Source: a virus
Lineage: Duplodnaviria; Caudoviricetes
IMG/VR virus record: IMGVR_UViG_3300033150_001155
Coordinates: 1 to 51,419 of that record
Reading direction: 5' to 3' (one strand)
DNA: 51,419 nt
The translations under genes and the position numbers were made by a program. Position 1 is the first letter of the stretch. Every line of letters begins with the position of its first letter. This document shows positions 35,703-44,582 of the stretch, one piece after another. Under the pieces are notes generated by a model. It was given only the letters and a program-made list of their open reading frames with translations. It did no database searches and had not been told where the DNA came from.

Positions 35703-36838
35703 ATTAACCTCGAACGGAAAAGATCAAGTTGTTCAAGCAAATCATCTGGTAAGGCTTTCTTCAGGTCGGCGAGAGTATAGGAATAAACCCTGCCTATTTT
35801 TTCCGATTTCACTCCGGGGTTTAGCTTCCTCATCTGATACTTCAGTTTTACAAGCTCAATACATATTTGCTCAAGCGAAGTCGGGATTGTTGTATATCCA
35901 GCCGTGTAAGAGACGAAAACATCCTGAAAATCTCGCGACGGCTGACTTTGTAACTCTATTATGCCGGCGTCGAGGTCTGTGACATATCCCTCCTCAACTT
36001 CATCCGGGACTTCAAGTTCGCCATTCACATTTAGGCAATTCACATTATGTTTTTCAAACAGAAGTGATGAAGGCCAGGAATTATAATCCGAGTCAACTAT
36101 TGAGGCCGACCATCCGCTTACAGCACTTATTGCCGTCACTACTTCTGATAGCTGATCATTGGCTCCGCTTGAAATATCAATCGTTGCATCAATGGTTCCA
36201 TCCGTCACAAGCTCTATTGCCTCGTCCGATGAGGATTTCACTCTCGCATAAGCATTATAGGCCGTCGTAGAGGTACGCTTTACGTAGATAGCTGCAATCC
36301 TGCCAGTTGATATCTGGGCGATGGCCGTCACTGGATAATTGTCCAGATATATCTTCCTCTTTTCTGCCGTATAACGTTGGAGCGTATATGTAGTTGTTTT
36401 AAGTGTCCGATTACAGTAACGGTTAAGAAAATCCGATGCACGGTTGATGAGATCCTCAATGAGTGCGGTATCAACTATTTTGAGCGTTTGTTCGTTAGCC
36501 GACCCGAGACATGACAGCGCACCAGTGACGACAAGATCAGTCGACGGCGCATCGTCGTCTGCAATACGACCCGACTTCCATCCGGCAAGAGCATTTATCG
36601 CCGTAATAAGCTCTCCGATTGTATCCTTATCTGCATCAGCAAAAGTCAATGTATTTGTGCCCGCGTCTGCTCCGCCTGTGATCTTGAGGATTATCGTAGT
36701 ATCTGTAACTTCAACTGTAGCTGCCGTCGCTCCCGAGCTGTCGGAATATATCCATATCCCATCGCTTTCGCTTTCGGTGCCCAGATAGGCCAATACAGCA
36801 TCTGCCGTAGTAAGGCTTATGGTTGTGTCTAAAGACAT
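35699..36838 (-). CDS. Head-tail connector (gp6/gp15-like) with two inserted domains
   Basis: AVLAYLG...LINRASDFLNRYCNR...YPVTAI...VSYTAGY..IP..L...KSEKIG. Confidence 0.8.
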   Translation of the reverse strand: MSLDTTISLTTADAVLAYLGTESESDGIWIYSDSSGATAATVEVTDTTIILKITGGADAGTNTLTFADADKDTIGELITAINALAGWKSGRIADDDAPSTDLVVTGALSCLGSANEQTLKIVDTALIEDLINRASDFLNRYCNRTLKTTTYTLQRYTAEKRKIYLDNYPVTAIAQISTGRIAAIYVKRTSTTAYNAYARVKSSSDEAIELVTDGTIDATIDISSGANDQLSEVVTAISAVSGWSASIVDSDYNSWPSSLLFEKHNVNCLNVNGELEVPDEVEEGYVTDLDAGIIELQSQPSRDFQDVFVSYTAGYTTIPTSLEQICIELVKLKYQMRKLNPGVKSEKIGRVYSYTLADLKKALPDDLLEQLDLFRSRLI

Positions 36839-36839
36839 T

Positions 36840-37025
36840 CTATTTCTCCATCACGGGCTCCGCAATCATCTTATTTCGTTCCGCCCGCTTTGATTTCACG
36901 GCATATCCGAGATCAATCAGCACCTTCGCGAAATGCCTTGGGACAATCTTTTTCATTCCCACACGGTAGCAATTCTTATAATCACGTACTATCTCAACCT
37001 CAACCGTTAGCCCGTCGTTCGGCAT
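36840..37025 (-). CDS. Small head-associated hypothetical protein
   Basis: 61 aa, AKVLIDLGYAV; lies between the capsid paralogue and the connector. Confidence 0.6.
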   Translation of the reverse strand: MPNDGLTVEVEIVRDYKNCYRVGMKKIVPRHFAKVLIDLGYAVKSKRAERNKMIAEPVMEK

Positions 37026-37030
37026 TATCC

Positions 37031-38074
37031 TCAGCTATTTTGTGTCAACATTACAAACGGCGAAAGCGTATTTGCCCCGCGTTTCGGAGTGATTGGTGCC
37101 GAGAGAGTCGGCTGCCCATCAACCCTGAGTACAATGCGCCAGAACGTCTCGTCTGTGAGAAACCCAGAAGAGCCCGGCACGTGCCGTGATCCTGCAATTT
37201 CAAGGCTTCTGTCCGCAATGACATAATGACGCCAATCCGCAAGAATAAGGTCTCCCTTTGCATCAATTGCTGAACAATGCTCTGTCGGTATAATCGGTGC
37301 CCCGAAACAAGTCCTGTTTGAGAGATCAAGAAATGTAGCCTGATTAGCTGCTGATGCGCTTGCCTCAAAAATCTCATCCAGTGCATCGGGATTGATGAGC
37401 CAAACGGCATTCTTCCATGAGGCAGGAAGTAGACGTTTCGCCATATGCGCAAAATCCGTCCAATCAATCAAATTGTTCGCAGCCCGGGAAACCGTTATTT
37501 CAGCCCCGCTATTTACAATACCGATCGGCATCCCACCGCCTGTCCCCTGGATATAGGCGTCATCCTCAATGAAGGCGAGAGCCTTCCCGAATGACTGAGC
37601 GATGAATTCTGAAAAAGCCCCGTAGTCATCCTCAAGCTCATTCGATGCATAGCATGTGCCGACAAGTTTATGTGGCGTCAATTCAAGCTCGCCCACTTCC
37701 GGGTCTGAGATGTTTGATGACTTGTCACCACGCTCCGCCGTCCATGTGAACGTAATGCCACCATAGATGTTTGACGATCTGTCGGTATCAACAAGGGTAC
37801 GAATTTTGAGCGAATCGCGAGTTACGGGAAAAACACGCGCCCGAGGACGAACGATTGCACCCTCCAGAGCTGCAGCTTCGAATATTCCATCCGCCCACTG
37901 CTCTGGCACAAGAAATCCGCCCTGTGCGTCCACGGAAGTTTCCATCCTCCCCGCAGTCTTTGCAGAGATGAGACGGGAATCCGGAGTCCCTTCCCCATCA
38001 CAGGCTTTTCGGACTTTCACACAGAACTCACCCAGAGATTTGAACCCGCCGTCCTTTGTCTTATACTTCTCCAT
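37031..38074 (-). CDS. Second HK97-fold capsid protein (paralogue lacking the long N-terminal scaffold segment)
   Basis: AQGGFLVPE, ELTPHKL, SNELEDD, EDDAYIQGTG, FLTDETFWR..LRVDGQP; collinear with 39775-41094. Confidence 0.88.
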   Translation of the reverse strand: MEKYKTKDGGFKSLGEFCVKVRKACDGEGTPDSRLISAKTAGRMETSVDAQGGFLVPEQWADGIFEAAALEGAIVRPRARVFPVTRDSLKIRTLVDTDRSSNIYGGITFTWTAERGDKSSNISDPEVGELELTPHKLVGTCYASNELEDDYGAFSEFIAQSFGKALAFIEDDAYIQGTGGGMPIGIVNSGAEITVSRAANNLIDWTDFAHMAKRLLPASWKNAVWLINPDALDEIFEASASAANQATFLDLSNRTCFGAPIIPTEHCSAIDAKGDLILADWRHYVIADRSLEIAGSRHVPGSSGFLTDETFWRIVLRVDGQPTLSAPITPKRGANTLSPFVMLTQNS

Positions 38075-39227
38075 TGTCCTTCTCCTGTTTTTTAAGATTT
38101 TCTTCCAATTTATTAATTATCGGGACGAAGTATGTCTTCCATACATTATCCCAGTCGTAATCAATAACCTCCTCCCTAATCTCTCTTCGATCATATCCGT
38201 CATCATGGAAATCGGCATAAAATGATTGTAAGGATTCTAATATCTCCTGTTCCTTACATTCATATCGCCACGTTCCATTTGGTATCCACCGAAGCTCATT
38301 ATCATCGACGTGAATTAGTCGGCCTGTTCGACAGAGCTCTCTTCCTGTAGTCGTATCGGTTACGATGACAGGAGTCCCGCACGCCTGAGCTTCAATAATC
38401 GGGAGGCCGAATCCTTCGCCCCTAGTCGGGAGACACATTACGTCCATCCCGTTATATATGTCGGCCAAATCACCTTCTGTATAGCGCGAGAAATGGTAAT
38501 CCATCTGCAATGGCCAGCCGACGACATTTCCGAGGCCGAGGCTGTTTACAACATCAATATAATTAATACAATTACTTCTGACTCCTCGCTCATTTGCCAA
38601 CGAATGGATAAAGAGCCGGGATTCCTTATGTTCCTGATTGAATTTTTTGAATGCCCTCAATAATGGGATAAAACCCTTTCTGTCATCGGCGTAGTTCATG
38701 CCGACGGTTCCGATGACAAAAGTATCATCTCCCCAATTCATGCTCTCCCTGAAGGCCTTCCGTCCCTTTGGCTTTATCCTGAATGTTTTTGTGTCTATGC
38801 CATGTGGAGCATACCACGGATTGAGCCCAATACTCTTGAGCTCCCTCTCTCCATGCCGAGAATAGGCAATAGGAAAGCCGACTTTTTCTGCGATCCTTTT
38901 CAGCACCGTGCTTATCCATTCGGTATCAACTGGAATCATCGCGACCCATTTCTCTTTCGGTGGGAGTCGCTTCCCGTCCAATACCCAAATATCAAACAGT
39001 GACCAGATATAGTCGAATTCCTCATCAACCAACATCTTGTTTACATAATACATATCGGTGCCGTCGTAAATTTCAAATCCTTCCCATTCGTACCTTGTAT
39101 GATCCATATGCTTTGTGATGACACGTACGAAATGCCCAACGTCTCTCAGCCGTACAATAAGCTCCCGAGTCACATTCCCATAACCGGATCGTGCAAGTGG
39201 CGAAGCTGAATGCCATAATATTCTCAT
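38061..39227 (-). CDS. GT4 (GT-B) glycosyltransferase
   Basis: SGYG, PHGID, RKG, EGFGLPIIEAQACGTPVI. Confidence 0.92.
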   Translation of the reverse strand: MRILWHSASPLARSGYGNVTRELIVRLRDVGHFVRVITKHMDHTRYEWEGFEIYDGTDMYYVNKMLVDEEFDYIWSLFDIWVLDGKRLPPKEKWVAMIPVDTEWISTVLKRIAEKVGFPIAYSRHGERELKSIGLNPWYAPHGIDTKTFRIKPKGRKAFRESMNWGDDTFVIGTVGMNYADDRKGFIPLLRAFKKFNQEHKESRLFIHSLANERGVRSNCINYIDVVNSLGLGNVVGWPLQMDYHFSRYTEGDLADIYNGMDVMCLPTRGEGFGLPIIEAQACGTPVIVTDTTTGRELCRTGRLIHVDDNELRWIPNGTWRYECKEQEILESLQSFYADFHDDGYDRREIREEVIDYDWDNVWKTYFVPIINKLEENLKKQEKDNGEV

Positions 39228-39240
39228 TTTCTCCCCCTTA

Positions 39241-39299
39241 AAAACGAGGCGTCGGGGTAAAGGAGGGAGAATGACACTCGCTTCACCCCTAGCCTCGCC
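39241..39299 (-). terminator. Terminator/attenuator hairpin after the capsid-decoration pair
   Basis: mRNA GCGAGGC..GGGGUGAAG...CUUUACCCC..GCCUCGU followed by UUUU. Confidence 0.55.
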
Positions 39300-39324
39300 T
39301 TCATTTCACATTCCTACACGAACA

Positions 39325-39762
39325 TCACGAAGGCAACGTTGCCTGTTTATAACGTCCGCGCATCTGCTCCATGACAAGTCCGACAACCTCTGTTCCGCTC
39401 GCATCGTCGGTAGACACCCGTCCCGCTACATAGCGGAAACCACTTGCAACATCAAGTTCCTGACCCCTCACCTGACATGTCAGGATATCGGTGTCGGTCG
39501 TATTCGTCGATGTAAAAGTGTCTGAAGCACCGCTGACGGTTTTCGACCCGCCTCCGCTCGTATCGGTAGCCTGCCAGATGGCAAGCGTGATGACTGAATC
39601 AGAAGCCAGATCAGAAGCTACACATTTTGCAACAACGAGATCGTAATTAGCCATGTCGAGCCATGAGGATGTGATACGATCGTTTGACTCTCCACCCAAA
39701 GCGGTTGATATCCCGCCGTAGGTAGATCGTACAACCTGACTCTCTTTGTGTATGTTAGCCAT
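39325..39762 (-). CDS. Putative capsid decoration protein
   Basis: 145 aa, beta-rich and Ser/Thr-rich; directly after the major capsid gene; GGAGG SD. Confidence 0.6.
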   Translation of the reverse strand: MANIHKESQVVRSTYGGISTALGGESNDRITSSWLDMANYDLVVAKCVASDLASDSVITLAIWQATDTSGGGSKTVSGASDTFTSTNTTDTDILTCQVRGQELDVASGFRYVAGRVSTDDASGTEVVGLVMEQMRGRYKQATLPS

Positions 39763-39774
39763 TTTATTCCTCCA

Positions 39775-41094
39775 TCAGCTTGTAGTTGCCGCGAGTGCGA
39801 CGAACGGGGAGATAGCCGTGACCGGAGCTGCCGAATTCTTGAGCGTGATTGCACTCTGAGGCCAGCACTGTCCGCCGACCCGCAGAACGAACCGCCAACA
39901 TGTCTCATCGGTGGTGAAAGCCACATGAGTTGACACGTCGATGGTGATCGGCTGTCTGTCGAAAATAATGTAATACTTAAGATCGACATAGCAGATATCG
40001 CCCTGTGAGCCGAGTGCCGGGAGTTTCTCCGACACAAACAATGGCCGTCCGAAAATCCGCATCGGAACCTTATCGGCTCCGCCCATGTTCGGGTTAATAT
40101 TGATGACGTTCGCTCCTGTTCCTGGTGCAGCGTCGCCGGTCTGCATCCCGATCAGATCGGGAAGTACGCTGTTATTGCAGATCCAAATAGCAGACGCATG
40201 AGATGACGGAAGCATGTTCGCATACATCTCCCGAAGGTCTTCCCAAACCACTCTGTTCACCGTATTCCGGTATGGAGGACGGAGAGCATTGGAGGTCAGA
40301 AATCCCATCGGTTGCCCGGCACCCGTTCCGTTGATAAAAGCATCGTCCTCAAACCATCCCCATGCCGAACCAAACATTGACCGGATTAGGGGCGCAAGGG
40401 CGATCGCGGAATCATCGAGCAATTCATTTGAAGTGTAGGTTATCCCCGCAAGTTTATGCGGAGTGATCTCCAGTTGCCCGAACGAGGGTTTCGTTGCGCT
40501 CTTCGTTCCACGCTCCGCCGTCCACTTTGCCTGCACACCACCAAAAACGGTAGAGGAATGAGACGTATCTTGGACGGTCGGGATCTTCAACGAATCTGTC
40601 TTCAGCGGGCCGATGACGGTCGCTCCGTTCGGCCTCACAACTGCATTCTCAAGTGCGATTTTTTGAAGGTCTGCTCTGTAGACTTCCGGCACGAGGAACC
40701 CGCCCTGGGCGTCCGTGCTAATCTCCATGTGTCCTGCTGTCTTCGTGATCTCGCCCGTGTCTTTGACGAATGTCAGCCTGTTGTCAATTTCTCCATTCTT
40801 CCGGAACTTCCGAATCGCAGTCAGGAAATCACCGAATGGAACGTTTTTCCAGTCCTTCTCGGCTTCTTTCTTGGCTGCCTCCAATTCTTCGTCTTTTGCA
40901 GTTTCAGCCTCAACTTTTTTCAGCGTGTCTTTCATCTGCTCTGCCAGAGCGTCTTTGGTATATTCGCCGAGCGTGGACTTGACATCCTCAAGAATGCCGT
41001 CCATCTTCTCGCGCAACGCAGTCTCGGTCTTTTCAGCCACAAGTGCCTCAATCTCGCTTTCTTTCATGGTCACTTTTTCTTTTTCATCTTCCAT
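39775..41094 (-). CDS. Major capsid protein, HK97 family
   Basis: Charged helical N-terminal delta domain, then GGFLVPE, ITPHKLAG, SNELLDDS, EDDAFINGTG. Confidence 0.95.
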   Translation of the reverse strand: MEDEKEKVTMKESEIEALVAEKTETALREKMDGILEDVKSTLGEYTKDALAEQMKDTLKKVEAETAKDEELEAAKKEAEKDWKNVPFGDFLTAIRKFRKNGEIDNRLTFVKDTGEITKTAGHMEISTDAQGGFLVPEVYRADLQKIALENAVVRPNGATVIGPLKTDSLKIPTVQDTSHSSTVFGGVQAKWTAERGTKSATKPSFGQLEITPHKLAGITYTSNELLDDSAIALAPLIRSMFGSAWGWFEDDAFINGTGAGQPMGFLTSNALRPPYRNTVNRVVWEDLREMYANMLPSSHASAIWICNNSVLPDLIGMQTGDAAPGTGANVININPNMGGADKVPMRIFGRPLFVSEKLPALGSQGDICYVDLKYYIIFDRQPITIDVSTHVAFTTDETCWRFVLRVGGQCWPQSAITLKNSAAPVTAISPFVALAATTS

Positions 41095-41268
41095 TTTTCT
41101 GTCCGTAATAAGGCTGGCCTTTGGATTTCACTTCCGCTCGCATCGTTCCTGACATCTCCAGCCACGCGCCCCCTATCGGCTTGACGCTCCTGCGCGCCAT
41201 CCACCGACTGGCACATGACCTAATATCTCCGGTTCTCCGCCTGTTTCAGCGAAGCCAGCCGTTTATAC

Positions 41269-41706
41269 TCAAACGCTTAATCGTGCGCTTATAAACCTTT
41301 GATTTATCGCCTGGAGATTCTCTTGATACCAGGCTCGAAATTTGTCAGGCTTAACTTTCAACTTACTTGATATCTCGATTATCGTATGCCCTGCCCTGAG
41401 GAGTTTCACGACCTTATTGATATCAACATTCGGTAATTTCTCTGAATGACTCTTAATAGGCCATCGTTTCTTTGCATCCTTCAGAATTTTCTCTGTCTTT
41501 CCGGCATTCGTCGTCATGAGTTTCGTCATCTCCCCGTTCCGGGCGTTCACCCACTCTCTGAGACGCTGTTCATTGACGTTCATCTCATAGGCAACCTTGT
41601 CTATCGGCCATCCGAGACTCCCGCGCAGATAATGCCAGCGAACCCAATTCTCAAGCGATTCAATCATTGAAAAATCTTTTGCCATCTCCCTTTTTGCCTC
41701 CATCAT
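41269..41706 (-). CDS. Tandem helix-turn-helix DNA-binding protein
   Basis: Two HTH-like units (GWPIDKVAYEMNV..RLREWV; GHTIIEISSKLKV..KFRAWY). Confidence 0.6.
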   Translation of the reverse strand: MMEAKREMAKDFSMIESLENWVRWHYLRGSLGWPIDKVAYEMNVNEQRLREWVNARNGEMTKLMTTNAGKTEKILKDAKKRWPIKSHSEKLPNVDINKVVKLLRAGHTIIEISSKLKVKPDKFRAWYQENLQAINQRFISARLSV

Positions 41707-44570
41707 ACTTTTCCTCGCAGATATCCTATAGCATCAGCGATACCATCTCGCGTCGCTTTCTCCAAGAGTTTTTTCATGTCAATCGATCTGAGCTTCCCGT
41801 CAATCGCTTCCTCAATACGTGCAGTAATATCTTTGTCTCCATCGGTTTTGTCAAGCTCTATCATATAGGCGCGCTCTCCGCTGGCCTCTTCTTCCTGCTG
41901 TCGATCCGTCTCTTCCAAGAGTTTTTCAAGTTTCGGTATTGCGGCCTTCATCCCGGCAACGGCGTCCTCAATAATCCCGCGCGTCTTTGCCGATAGTACG
42001 CGTCCTTCTTTCAGCTCAGTTATTGACTCCCGAAGTAGCGTAATCTCTTCTTTCAGATCAGCGTGGTCATCCGACTCATATTCCCGTCCCGGGCCCGGAC
42101 GCCCGACACGCCTCATCTCCCCACCACATTCTGGGCAACTTATTTCATTGCAGTGCTTGTCAGTTGTCATCTTGTATCCACACTCAATACATTCACATTC
42201 GTATTCTTTCCTCTCTCTCTTCGCTATCGCAATTTCCTTATCAATCTTGACTTCAACCTCTCCGTTTATCCATTTGACTCTATTCCATATTGATTTAGCC
42301 CCAGTTTTGTTTCCTCGGATCTCTTCAATCAATTCGCGTTGCTCAATTAATTTATCAAGGCTCTTTAATAACGCCTCGCCGATATTAATCTCATCCTCAT
42401 CGGCAATAATGGAAGCAAACTCAACAAGCTCTTTCATATGAGCCCCAGAAAAACCAGCCGTCTTTTCTGCGATATCATCAAGAAGGGATTCCTCAATTTT
42501 ACCCGCCCAGAGTTCAATCATTTTTTTCCGCTGCAATTTGCTTGGTAATCGATAATTGATTATATGATGAAATCTGCCTGGCCTATCTAAAAGCGCATCC
42601 GGTAATTTTTCTGGATAATTCGATGTCATGATCGTTAATATCCCCTTATTTTGCCTGAGCCCGTCCATTTCTGTTTTCAGAAGATCAACCACAACAGAAT
42701 CTCGATCATTATATTCTTTCAGCCATGTATCGATATCCTCAATAAACAAGACGGTCGGGGCCAAATCCCGTGCCAATGAATAACCCAACGTAATTGCTCT
42801 TAGTGCGCCAATATGCCTAAAATCTCTACTTGATATCCATATGAAGGTAGTATCCATATTGGTCATTAAAATTCGACCGGTTTTTGTTTTCCCCGTACCC
42901 GGAGGGCCGATGAAAAGTAGCCCCCGCCCTAACATTCCGTTCCTTTTTTCCTCTAATGCATCAGAAGATTTTCTCAAGGCATCTTTATATTTCTCCTCAA
43001 GAATAAGCGTATCCCATCCCTCTTTTTTCTCAGTCAAGAAATCGCCAGCTAATGCAAACTTCTCCCCACGGAGATAATTATTTTCATTCACCCATTTGTG
43101 GACTTCTTCAAAAAGTCTCTTATTCCAATCTTTGTAATCAAGAGAAGTTATAAAAGATACGGATATCCCATCCCACGTTGGCTCATATTTGACAATTAAC
43201 GGCTTGCCCTCGGCATCATAAAAATTCAATCCGCTGATTAGAAAATCATCAGATTCTTTTGAATTTAATTTAATAATCTCATATTGTGGCGGAATTTCAG
43301 CCCCGCTCCAATAAAAATTTCTTGTATCTTTTAATTTGAATTTCCCTAGAGTCTTTTTAAGCCCTGCCAAATAAGTCCCCATAAGTGGACTCGGAATGTC
43401 GAAATTATTCTTGAATACTTTTTTGACCTTACATTCCAAATATTGCTCAAACAAATCAAACTCAAACGGCTTTGGAATTGGCGATTCCGCAGATTCAATA
43501 TCAAAGAGTTTTGACAACGACTTGTTCCATCTTTCTTTTTGTTTCGGTTCTTTAAATCCTAACTTACTAAATTCTTTATGAGACTCAACCCATGCTTGCG
43601 CTTCCTCCATTGTCCATTTTTCTTTATCAAATAGATATTTCTGGATATGCGTCGGTCCGTTCGGATCACTTTTCAACTTTCCAATTACGGCTTTAATCCC
43701 CTTCTCTTTGGAAATATCAATAGTCCTGAATGATGTTTTCACAAAATCGCCTTTGTCTCTGATGGGTATATGGTGGTAATTATCGGTAGTTTCTGGTTTC
43801 GTGATCTTCTTTTCCTCTGCCGTTTTCGTCTTTTTGCCTTCGCTCTCTTTTGTTTTTTCTTCATCGTCCTCCTCGGATTTCTCAAGTGAAAGTATAATTT
43901 CGCGGTCGACAACTTCCCGTTCTTTTTTCCATTCAATCTCCAAATCTTTCTTTAATCGGCCTTCGGGAAGTAGCCCTTTCTCAATCGCCAACGTCAACGC
44001 TTCAGGACATGAAGGAATAGGAACCACAGAATATTCAAGCAACTCCCATTCCGTATATATCCGCTTTGGCATATCCTTGTCCTCGGCCTCTTTGCCTTCC
44101 TTTATCTCTGGTTCCTCCCATTTCTTCGGGATGAACCCGACAGACCAGCCCTTGAGAAGAGGCCCCGTTCCTCCAACATCCTCCGTGCAGGCTTGATAAA
44201 CCTGATCAGCCCATTCGTTCTTTGCGAATATCGTCTTTGCTATCAGCCCCTTTTCGTCCGGCTTAATCCAAGCGCAATTCCCGATCGGGAGACTTCGATA
44301 ATCATGACCATAAAGCACTTTTGGATTCTTCGTATAATTCGACAGAATTACTCCCTCTGGCAAGAGCACTTCATCATCCCTGTCTTTCGTATTCGTTGAA
44401 ATGTACGAAATCACAGCCCGCTCTTTCGCGACCGTTTCCTGTTTTTCGGCAACGTATGATTTTCGGACAAACGGGATTTCATCCTTCTTGATCTTTAACC
44501 GCCGTGCAAGAGCCCCGGCCTTATCCGGAAACACATCAACATATTTTAAATTTTCAGTCATGATATTCAT
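41703..44570 (-). CDS. HK97-type prohead protease fused to an AAA+ ATPase and a zinc ribbon
   Basis: DRDDEV, VLYGHD..LPIG, GWSVGF, ELLEYSVVPIP; Walker A GPPGTGKT (42908-42885); Walker B LFIEDID; SRH ALLDRPGRF; CIEC..CPEC. Confidence 0.9.
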   Translation of the reverse strand: MNIMTENLKYVDVFPDKAGALARRLKIKKDEIPFVRKSYVAEKQETVAKERAVISYISTNTKDRDDEVLLPEGVILSNYTKNPKVLYGHDYRSLPIGNCAWIKPDEKGLIAKTIFAKNEWADQVYQACTEDVGGTGPLLKGWSVGFIPKKWEEPEIKEGKEAEDKDMPKRIYTEWELLEYSVVPIPSCPEALTLAIEKGLLPEGRLKKDLEIEWKKEREVVDREIILSLEKSEEDDEEKTKESEGKKTKTAEEKKITKPETTDNYHHIPIRDKGDFVKTSFRTIDISKEKGIKAVIGKLKSDPNGPTHIQKYLFDKEKWTMEEAQAWVESHKEFSKLGFKEPKQKERWNKSLSKLFDIESAESPIPKPFEFDLFEQYLECKVKKVFKNNFDIPSPLMGTYLAGLKKTLGKFKLKDTRNFYWSGAEIPPQYEIIKLNSKESDDFLISGLNFYDAEGKPLIVKYEPTWDGISVSFITSLDYKDWNKRLFEEVHKWVNENNYLRGEKFALAGDFLTEKKEGWDTLILEEKYKDALRKSSDALEEKRNGMLGRGLLFIGPPGTGKTKTGRILMTNMDTTFIWISSRDFRHIGALRAITLGYSLARDLAPTVLFIEDIDTWLKEYNDRDSVVVDLLKTEMDGLRQNKGILTIMTSNYPEKLPDALLDRPGRFHHIINYRLPSKLQRKKMIELWAGKIEESLLDDIAEKTAGFSGAHMKELVEFASIIADEDEINIGEALLKSLDKLIEQRELIEEIRGNKTGAKSIWNRVKWINGEVEVKIDKEIAIAKRERKEYECECIECGYKMTTDKHCNEISCPECGGEMRRVGRPGPGREYESDDHADLKEEITLLRESITELKEGRVLSAKTRGIIEDAVAGMKAAIPKLEKLLEETDRQQEEEASGERAYMIELDKTDGDKDITARIEEAIDGKLRSIDMKKLLEKATRDGIADAIGYLRGKV

Positions 44571-44582
44571 CTTATTCCTCCG

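Noticed and set aside
40456-41184. 242-aa plus-strand ORF antisense to the major capsid gene
   Set aside because: No recognisable domain motifs and no promoter or SD seen; a typical shadow ORF, unlike 44685-45434.
42450-42470. KTAG in the protease-AAA protein as a third maturation site
   Set aside because: It lies in the usual AAA+ lid motif (T-x-GFSGA), so the match is probably coincidental.
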